Source of the DNA: Eubacteriales bacterium
GTDB lineage: Bacteria; Bacillota; Clostridia; Oscillospirales; CAG-272
NCBI GenBank assembly: GCA_045660185.1
Contig: JAZRDI010000101.1
Coordinates: forward strand, 17,723 to 81,722
Direction of reading: 5' to 3'
Length of the DNA: 64,000 nucleotides
The notes under the pieces: generated by a model
Databases searched by the model: none
What the model was told of the DNA's origin: nothing
The model's input: the letters and a program-made list of their open reading frames with translations, nothing else
Translations under genes and position numbers: made by a program
Shown: one piece after another, positions 19,491-26,873 of the stretch
Position numbering within the stretch: position 1 is the first letter of the stretch
Layout of the letters: each line of letters starts with the position of its first letter

Positions 19491-20234
19491 ATGTCCGATT
19501 ACGAGAGATACGGTGATTATGACGATATAGAAGAAGATTTACCGAAATCTAAAAATCCCGTTATTATAACGCTTAAGATAATGATATTCGCTGTGTGCAT
19601 TGGCGTTATAGGAATAATTGCATTCAGAATGATAGCTTTTAATTCATATCCCAAAACGGTCAGTAACGTATTCTTTAACGATGCGTTGACGAGCTATTAC
19701 AATGAGAAAAATGGGGAAGTGGAAATTAAGACGCAAAATCTTCGCGCTCCTTACGACGATGAAGATGAAGGCAACTTTTTCTGTGATTATCTTTACGTTA
19801 TAGAAGATATAAATCAACTTCAAATAACGGTTAGATATAATACTTCAACTGTAGAAAATATCGCTGCCAAGCTTGGAATTGAGCTTGACGAAGACTCGCA
19901 TGATCTTTTCTCTTATCGCTTGTGCGCGAGCTACGGCGATGAGTGGAAGGTGGTAGGCGAGTTAACCGTAGAAAACTACGATTCAAAACTTATGTACCGT
20001 TATGAAAAGCTTGTTTTTGATAATGTTGACATATCTCTTGACAGTATAGGTTCGCCGTACTGGATAAGACTTGAGGTTTTGGTTAACGGTTGTGGTAAAG
20101 ATTGGCCCGCAGTTGAAGAAAAGGTCAACGATGCATCTCAAATGTCACATTTCTTTATGATTCCAATATGTGAGAATAACGATAAGTATTCGAGCTTTAA
20201 GGACTATAAGCTTTCAGGGAAGGAGAAGCCGTAA
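19491..20234 (+). CDS. hypothetical single-pass membrane protein
   Basis: The ORF-track start is a GTG at 19482. The ATG at 19491 is better placed after the AAAGGTGG RBS. Acidic N-terminus, one TM helix (IMIFAVCIGVIGIIAF), then a ~190-aa extracytoplasmic domain. Confidence 0.5.
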   Translation: MSDYERYGDYDDIEEDLPKSKNPVIITLKIMIFAVCIGVIGIIAFRMIAFNSYPKTVSNVFFNDALTSYYNEKNGEVEIKTQNLRAPYDDEDEGNFFCDYLYVIEDINQLQITVRYNTSTVENIAAKLGIELDEDSHDLFSYRLCASYGDEWKVVGELTVENYDSKLMYRYEKLVFDNVDISLDSIGSPYWIRLEVLVNGCGKDWPAVEEKVNDASQMSHFFMIPICENNDKYSSFKDYKLSGKEKP

Positions 20235-20788
20235 TGAATGAGAATATAATACCGTTCAGCTACCGCAGACTTGCTGATAAGCGTAGAGCATTTCCGATAT
20301 TCTTTCTGCTGATCGGAATAAGCGTTATACTTGTATTTGCATCAATGATAACGCCTAAATATTCCGGATTGATAAGCCTTGCGGCAATAGGTACGTTAAC
20401 TGCATCTGTTATGATATACGTTCGTTATATAGTTTCCGATTATACCTATTCGGTGCGCGAGGGCGGTGACAATCAGGCGTATTTGATATTCACTAAAATA
20501 GTAGGCAAGCGTCAAAGTATGATGGGATGCGTACCTCTTTATGCAATAAAAAGCATAGAGAAATATAATAAGGAAGAGTATAGAAAACAAAAAGCTGAAG
20601 TAGGAGAGCAGAATTATAACTTCGTTCCCACAATCTTCCCTGACGTTGTTTACATCATTAAGGCGCAAACGCGAACCGTAAAATATCACGTTGTGATAGA
20701 TGGAACCGATGAGATTCGCGATAGACTTCTTGAATATTCAAGATACGCTCTTTTGGACGAAGCCAAGTCGGACTCTGAAGAGGATTGA
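20234..20788 (+). CDS. hypothetical membrane protein (two TM helices)
   Basis: 184 aa. The start overlaps the upstream stop by 1 nt (TAATG), indicating coupling. No family recognised. Confidence 0.5.
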   Translation: MNENIIPFSYRRLADKRRAFPIFFLLIGISVILVFASMITPKYSGLISLAAIGTLTASVMIYVRYIVSDYTYSVREGGDNQAYLIFTKIVGKRQSMMGCVPLYAIKSIEKYNKEEYRKQKAEVGEQNYNFVPTIFPDVVYIIKAQTRTVKYHVVIDGTDEIRDRLLEYSRYALLDEAKSDSEED

Positions 20789-20878
20789 AAGCGAATATAA
20801 CAAAAATACAAAGAGCAAGAGTAAAAGGAAACACCTTCTATTCTTGCTCTCATTATTTTTAGAGGAGTATTACTGCTT

Positions 20879-21874
20879 TTAAGGAATAGAGTTTAAAATT
20901 TTCGTAATCTGCTCGTAACTGCTATTGAGACTTCCGTCACTGTAGTCGTTGCGCAATTCAACAAGCTTACGCGCGCGTATATTTGAAATGAGAAAATTTT
21001 CTATCCAATATGAAAATTCCGTGTCCGGTGAGAGATGCTCCAAAGCCTTCATTTTTTCGTACATAGGGGCTCCGTCAGACGCATCGCGCCAGGTATCAAC
21101 AAAGGCAAAGTCGAAATGTTCGTCTGGCATGATATGCTCGGCATATTCAAAAGCGTCATAATTTACGATACGTATCTTTTCGGGATGATTGAAGCTTGGA
21201 AGGACGTAGGTGTTAAATAGCTCAATAACCTTTTCGCTCTTTTCAACTACCGTAACCGATTCAACGTTATCTTTTTCACTTGCCATATAAGCAAAATATC
21301 CAAGTCCAAGCCCAAAGGTAACAACTTTTCCTCGCGAGCGCATAATGGCATCCTCCGAGGTGTCTAGGTCGACAGGGGTAAGCGTCATCCATTCGTTTCC
21401 GTTTTCAAGTACTGCGGGAAATTCAAAACGCTCCGTAAAAAATCCAAGCGGCGGAATTTCCGAGAAATCCTTGTTTATAATCATATCATTGCAAATTACC
21501 GCGCGGTAAGGCTCGTACGCTTCGTTTCTAAATTCCCAATTTTCAAGAGAAACGTCGGGGAGCTTAACGTTTTTATAATACGGATTTTCCGTGTATTTTT
21601 TCGCATCAAGAATCTGTACTGAAGGTATTATGTAATCTCTAAATATGCGCTTGTCATCCGGATTTGTGTCTATATCGAGAGCAAATATTTCAGCGAGCAA
21701 CGCAGAAATTGCAAATTTCTTTTCAACGCCGTTCTCGCAAATCGAGTCCACCATATCTTTTGTGATGATTTCGGGAAAAATGTTTAGATAATCGGCATAA
21801 AGCGCGGTTACTCTAAAGTTATCATCAAATACCGAAAGAAGTCTTTCAAATTTTGCTTTGTCAGTGTAATTCAT
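20879..21874 (-). CDS. putative SAM-dependent methyltransferase / spermidine-synthase-fold protein
   Basis: 331 aa. Glycine-rich Rossmann motif VVTFGLGLGYFA followed by an acidic strand end (VVEKS) and FAFVDTW. Confidence 0.4.
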   Translation of the reverse strand: MNYTDKAKFERLLSVFDDNFRVTALYADYLNIFPEIITKDMVDSICENGVEKKFAISALLAEIFALDIDTNPDDKRIFRDYIIPSVQILDAKKYTENPYYKNVKLPDVSLENWEFRNEAYEPYRAVICNDMIINKDFSEIPPLGFFTERFEFPAVLENGNEWMTLTPVDLDTSEDAIMRSRGKVVTFGLGLGYFAYMASEKDNVESVTVVEKSEKVIELFNTYVLPSFNHPEKIRIVNYDAFEYAEHIMPDEHFDFAFVDTWRDASDGAPMYEKMKALEHLSPDTEFSYWIENFLISNIRARKLVELRNDYSDGSLNSSYEQITKILNSIP

Positions 21875-21957
21875 ACATGTGTCCTTATAAACGGTAAACG
21901 GACGTCCGCATACTCCGCGTTAGCGGCTGGTCTGCCTTGGACGTCCGTTTAAATTTT

Positions 21958-22584
21958 TTAGTTGAAGTCGTGATCGGGCAATTCGGTTGCGTCAGATTTA
22001 ACGTCACCGCATTCGGTACACTTGTTGTTTTCATCGAAGTTGTGCTCAACCTTAGGTGTTGTCTGAGTTGCTACGTAGTTGCAATCAAGACACTTGTGAG
22101 CCTGTATACCGGTAACAGTACAATCAGCCTCAGTCTCGGTGTACCAATCTCCGTAAGTTACGTGAACGTGAACCTGCTTACAAGCAATGCAAGTATCACC
22201 GTCGGGATTCAATTCTGCATCAATTTTGTAGTTGTGGCCAAGAGCGGGGATTTCCTCGTATGTGTTATAAACACATCTGGTACACTTCTGATAAGCCTTG
22301 TATCCGGGCTCAACGCAGTTGGGGTCAAGTCCCTCAACGTTCTTGAGCTCATGGCCGAGAGCGGGAATCGTCTTGGTTTCTGTGTGATTGCATCCGTCAG
22401 CGGTACAAGTTCTAACCTCTTTACCATCGTTGATACAGTCAACGGTAACGATAACCTTCCACTCACCCATAGTATGAGTATGTACGGCATCATCGCCACC
22501 CTGACCGTTACCGCACGAGGAAAGTGCGAACACAGACGCGCAAATAAAAACGGTTGCCATTAATAAAACTAAAATCTTTTTCAA
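21958..22584 (-). CDS. Cys-rich lipoprotein with repeated C...C-x2-C...PALGH modules
   Basis: TTG start 9 nt after a GGAGG. Lipobox LSSC. Thirteen further Cys in the mature part and two IPALGH repeats. Confidence 0.7.
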   Translation of the reverse strand: MKKILVLLMATVFICASVFALSSCGNGQGGDDAVHTHTMGEWKVIVTVDCINDGKEVRTCTADGCNHTETKTIPALGHELKNVEGLDPNCVEPGYKAYQKCTRCVYNTYEEIPALGHNYKIDAELNPDGDTCIACKQVHVHVTYGDWYTETEADCTVTGIQAHKCLDCNYVATQTTPKVEHNFDENNKCTECGDVKSDATELPDHDFN

Positions 22585-22791
22585 GGTACAAACCTCCCTG
22601 ATAATATTATTCTAAACTATTTTAACATAAATATTTTAGAGAGGCAATAGGGTTTTGCGATTTTTTTCGATTTGTTCAAAATTATTTGAAACATTAAACA
22701 AAAAAAATCAATTACTTTGTGCAATTTTAACCATTTATTTTGCTTGACATATATGTTATAATAAATTAAGACAACCTTTTGGAGAAAAAAC

Positions 22792-25065
22792 ATGATTAAA
22801 AGAGATATTAAAAAGATGTCCGTCACTCTTCAAGACGGTGAAGTTTATGAATCTGTCGCGCCTATAAGCTTGTTGCAGGCAATGGTTCAAACGCAAAAAA
22901 TAAGTGCTGTCGATGCAGAGGACGGAGCCTTTTCGTTGCCTAAAAGCTGCGTCTTTACGTCTGAAATAGAATTTTCCGAAACAGACGCAAGTAAAAGATA
23001 CATATATATTGAGGTAAGCGGTGTTCTCGGGCTTGGAGAATTTTTCTTCAACGGAAAAAGTTGCGGTGTTATCAGCAACGCTCATCGAGTTTATCTTTTT
23101 GACGTTGCTGATAAGGTTATCTGCGGTAAAAATATTGCCGAGATAAAATGCAGCGCTCCGTTTATTCCAAAACAGCACCTTACGCGTTACGGAGAGAGAT
23201 CGTACGAATATGACAATGCGATTGCAGTATCCGATTACGCGGTTTTGAAACCGATCTCGCTCTACGTATCCGATTGTGCGTTCATCAATGACGTTCAGGT
23301 ATATCAAGAACATGAGGACGGAAAGGTCAGCGTATTTGTCAGTGCTGATGCTATCGGCGAGCGCGATGACGTGCGTATAGTTGCAAGTCTTTCAGCGCCG
23401 AGCGGTAAGATATATTTTGGCGGAGTGTATGACGATGAGATAAAAATCAGCGTTCCCGACCCGGAGCTTTGGTGGCCGAGAGGATATGGTGCTCAACCCA
23501 TGTATAAGCTTACCGTTACGCTATATCACGCAGCCGAAATAGCTGATGTGTATGAGAAGCGTATAGGACTCAAAAACGTAGAGATATTGAGCGGTGAGAA
23601 TTCAGTTCCTTCGTTCTTTGTAAACGGGGTTAAGATATTCTCAAGAGGCGCATCGTACGTTGAGCAAAATGCGGTGAGCGCTCTCGTATCCAACGAAGCT
23701 GTTGAGTCTGTTATCAAGAGCGCTGTAAAGGCTAATATGAATACGCTGACGGTGTTTGATAGAACCGTTCCTCTTTCCGAGCATTTTTATGATTTGTGCG
23801 ACAGTTTTGGAATACTTGTTTGGCAGTCTTTATCGTTGCCCTATATCGCTCCGCCTGCGGCAAGTGTATTTGCAGCGGGAGTAACGTCGTCGGTAGAGAA
23901 TTTTGTCAAGCGTCTTTCATCGCATCCATCTTTGGCAATGTTCTTTTTATCCTTTACAGAAACTGATTATCAAATGATGCGTTTGTTTAAGGATTCAATA
24001 GAAGAATTCCGTTCGGTATCCGTTAAAATACTCGGCCCCGTGTTAAAAAAATACGCGCGTAACATTCCTTTCGTGGCCGACCCTTACGATGTGTTCAAAT
24101 ATGACGAAAGGTATCTTTTTGAGAAGGACGCTACTTATGCATACGGAACATTGTATGCGTTGCCTACCGAATATACTCTTAAAAGCTACCTCGGTGAAGA
24201 AAGCTACAATCTCTTCTCTCGCGAATCGGAAAAGAGAACTAATCTTCCCGAGTGTCTCGTAATGCTCGAAAATACTGTTAAGAATATGAAACTTCCAAGC
24301 GGCATGTCGGAGCTTGTTTACGCGAGTGAGGTATCAGCGGGATATGAAATTGCAAAATCCGTAAGACGCGCTCGAAGATTGGGGACTTGCGGCAGTTCCG
24401 CGTTGCGTCAGCTTAACGATGGAAAAAGAACCGTTTCCGCATCTCTCGTTGACTATTTTGGCAAGAGCAAAGCTACGATGAAATTCTTATCCGAAGCATA
24501 CGCTTCCGTTTGTTTAGATATAGTACCGTGTGTAAATGAAACAGAATTTTGGTTGATAAATTCCGCAAAAAGAGATTTTTTGGGAAAACTGATTTTTGCT
24601 CTTTACAGTGCGGAAGGTAAATGCTTTGAGGAAAAACAAATAGACGTCTTTGCGGTAGCGAGTACTGCTTGTATGGTAGAAAAAATAGATTTTTCTCGCC
24701 GTGTAAAAGAAAATCCGGAGCGCTTCTACGTAACGTACGAATTATATGATGAGAAGGGAATTATTGCCTCGGGAAGCGAGCATTTTGTACCCATAAAGCA
24801 CTTCGAATTTTCCAATCCGGAAATTACTGCAGAAATCAGCGGTATGGGAAAAAGATTTTCAGTAAAGCTTAATTCTTCATGCTATGCATATGCGGTAAAA
24901 GTGGACTTCGAAGATGAAAATGTAAACTTTAGTAGTAATTTTATCAATCTTTACGGTAGAACACCTGTTGTTGTTAGCTTTGAAACTGCTGACGTTACAA
25001 CTATTGAGGAGCTTAAAAATAAACTCAAAATTTTCTCACCCTACAGTATCGGCAAACGAATTTAA
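22792..25065 (+). CDS. glycoside hydrolase family 2 (beta-mannosidase-like) protein, possibly non-catalytic
   Basis: 757 aa with PELWWPRGYGAQPMYKL (compare beta-mannosidase LWWPNGYGEQ), GILVWQ and HPS blocks. No signal peptide. Confidence 0.6.
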   Translation: MIKRDIKKMSVTLQDGEVYESVAPISLLQAMVQTQKISAVDAEDGAFSLPKSCVFTSEIEFSETDASKRYIYIEVSGVLGLGEFFFNGKSCGVISNAHRVYLFDVADKVICGKNIAEIKCSAPFIPKQHLTRYGERSYEYDNAIAVSDYAVLKPISLYVSDCAFINDVQVYQEHEDGKVSVFVSADAIGERDDVRIVASLSAPSGKIYFGGVYDDEIKISVPDPELWWPRGYGAQPMYKLTVTLYHAAEIADVYEKRIGLKNVEILSGENSVPSFFVNGVKIFSRGASYVEQNAVSALVSNEAVESVIKSAVKANMNTLTVFDRTVPLSEHFYDLCDSFGILVWQSLSLPYIAPPAASVFAAGVTSSVENFVKRLSSHPSLAMFFLSFTETDYQMMRLFKDSIEEFRSVSVKILGPVLKKYARNIPFVADPYDVFKYDERYLFEKDATYAYGTLYALPTEYTLKSYLGEESYNLFSRESEKRTNLPECLVMLENTVKNMKLPSGMSELVYASEVSAGYEIAKSVRRARRLGTCGSSALRQLNDGKRTVSASLVDYFGKSKATMKFLSEAYASVCLDIVPCVNETEFWLINSAKRDFLGKLIFALYSAEGKCFEEKQIDVFAVASTACMVEKIDFSRRVKENPERFYVTYELYDEKGIIASGSEHFVPIKHFEFSNPEITAEISGMGKRFSVKLNSSCYAYAVKVDFEDENVNFSSNFINLYGRTPVVVSFETADVTTIEELKNKLKIFSPYSIGKRI

Positions 25066-25086
25066 CTGCATTTTTATATGAAATAC

Positions 25087-25124
25087 AAGAGCTCCACGCT
25101 GTAAAAAGCGCGAGAGCTCTTTTG
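25087..25124 (+). terminator. rho-independent terminator
   Basis: AAGAGCTC...GAGCTCTT inverted repeat with an inner CGC/GCG pair, followed by TTTTG. Confidence 0.65.
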
Positions 25125-25162
25125 CAAATATTTAAAGAATTTTAAAATAAGCATTTTATTTC

Positions 25163-25191
25163 TTGACATATTACAAAAAGTGTTTTATAAT
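25163..25191 (+). promoter_or_regulatory. sigma-A-type promoter for uxuA
   Basis: TTGACA (25163-25168), 17-nt spacer, TATAAT (25186-25191). Confidence 0.65.
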
Positions 25192-25230
25192 ATAAACGTT
25201 AAAAAAATATTTTGTAAGGAGAAAAAACAA

Positions 25231-26286
25231 ATGAACATGAAAATGTCTTTCCGTTGGTACGGAGAAAGCGATCCTATTTCGCTTGAGTATATTTCTCAAA
25301 TTCCCGGTATGCGTTCCATCGTATCTGCGGTATACGATGTAAAGCCCGGTGAGGTATGGGGCGAGGATAGCCTTAAGAAAATGAAGGAACAGTGCGAAGC
25401 TCACGGTCTTGTTTTTGACGTTGTTGAGTCCATTCCCGTTCACGAAGATATAAAGCTTGGTCGAGGAAAGGTTGACGAGCTTCTTGAGGTTTATTGCGAG
25501 AATATCAGAAGATGCGCAAAGTATGGCGTTAAGTGCGTTACCTATAACTTCATGCCTGTATTTGACTGGACACGTACCCAACTCGATAAGAAGCATCCCG
25601 ATGGCTCAACAAGCCTTGTTATGTACTGGGACCAGATGAGAGGTCTTGATCCCCTTAAGGACGATATTCATCTTCCCGGTTGGGATTCAAGCTATACGCA
25701 AAGCGAAGTTCGCGAGCTTATCACCGCTTACGGTGAAATTGGCGAAGAGGGACTTTGGAAGAACCTTGAGAAATTCTTGAAGAAGGTTATTCCCGTAGCA
25801 GAGGAGTGCGGCGTAAGAATGGCAATTCATCCCGATGATCCGCCATACCCCATCTTCGGACTTCCCAGAATCATCACCTGCGAAGCTAATCTTGATAGAT
25901 TCCTTAAAATTGTTGACAGCCCCGCTAATAGCCTTTGCCTTTGCACCGGCTCACTCGGTTGCGCCGCTACCAACGATATAGTTAAGATGGTTCGTAAATA
26001 CGCAGAAATGGATAGAATCGCATTTATGCACATTCGTAACGTTAAGCTTATGGATGACGGATCGTTCGAGGAAAGAGCGCATCTCTCTTCCTGTGGCTCT
26101 CTTGATATGTACGAGATAGTAAAAGCTCTCGTAGATAACGGCTTCGACGGATATGTTCGTCCCGACCACGGAAGAATGGTTTGGGGTGAAACCGGTAAGC
26201 CGGGATATGGACTCTTTGACAGAGCTCTCGGCGCTACCTATATCAACGGTCTTTTCGAGGCTCTTGAGAAGAACGCTAAAAAGTAA
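25231..26286 (+). CDS. uxuA: mannonate dehydratase
   Basis: [12 protein letters not shown] matches the UxuA N-terminus (M..FRWYG). The ATG at 25231 lies 8 nt after AAGGAG. The ORF-track start at 25180 lies inside the promoter. Confidence 0.9.
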   Translation: MNMKMSFRWYGESDPISLEYISQIPGMRSIVSAVYDVKPGEVWGEDSLKKMKEQCEAHGLVFDVVESIPVHEDIKLGRGKVDELLEVYCENIRRCAKYGVKCVTYNFMPVFDWTRTQLDKKHPDGSTSLVMYWDQMRGLDPLKDDIHLPGWDSSYTQSEVRELITAYGEIGEEGLWKNLEKFLKKVIPVAEECGVRMAIHPDDPPYPIFGLPRIITCEANLDRFLKIVDSPANSLCLCTGSLGCAATNDIVKMVRKYAEMDRIAFMHIRNVKLMDDGSFEERAHLSSCGSLDMYEIVKALVDNGFDGYVRPDHGRMVWGETGKPGYGLFDRALGATYINGLFEALEKNAKK

Positions 26287-26295
26287 GGAACAAAA

Positions 26296-26829
26296 ATGAG
26301 AGTTTTAAAGAAAATAGCCCTCTTTATCCTATTGGCATCAACGTGCCTCTCAACTCTCGCCGCTTGTGGCGGAGAGAAGAGCATTTACGGCGGTGACGAA
26401 GATGCCGCGGTGTACGATCCGTACGATAATATTTTAAAGGATCCGGTTGATACGGGAGCTTTAATATCGGTTGCGGGAAAAACGTTTGTTTTCGACAGTA
26501 TAGATATAAGGACTGCAAACGCGGAAAAAGAGGTTACTGCGGGCAATTCCTTAAAGAAGCTATATCGCAATTCTTGCTTTAGATTTACCGCCGAGAATAA
26601 GGTTTTATTCGAGGAAGGAGCTGCCGATGACGAATACTTCTTCGTTATGAACGAAAGCGAAGGCGTAAGAGCGGGAAACGTTCTTACCGTGAAGCACACG
26701 AATAGCGCGGGCGTAGAGTATGACGTAAGATTTGAGATTCACGAGGACAAGATCTACGTTATCCACAATGGACATACTTATGACCAAGAAGGCGTTTTTT
26801 CGACTTTAACGTTTGTATTGAAAAAATAA
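26296..26829 (+). CDS. hypothetical lipoprotein
   Basis: 177 aa with lipobox LAAC. Starts 9 nt after the uxuA stop. Confidence 0.6.
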   Translation: MRVLKKIALFILLASTCLSTLAACGGEKSIYGGDEDAAVYDPYDNILKDPVDTGALISVAGKTFVFDSIDIRTANAEKEVTAGNSLKKLYRNSCFRFTAENKVLFEEGAADDEYFFVMNESEGVRAGNVLTVKHTNSAGVEYDVRFEIHEDKIYVIHNGHTYDQEGVFSTLTFVLKK

Positions 26830-26873
26830 TTACAAAAGGATAATTCGAATTTTTGATCTCGAGGTGAAGCTAT

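Noticed and set aside
22740-22790. TTGACA followed closely by TATAAT upstream of the GH2-like gene as a promoter.
   Set aside because: The spacer between the hexamers is only ~7 nt, which is incompatible with sigma-A geometry. No alternative well-spaced pair was found.
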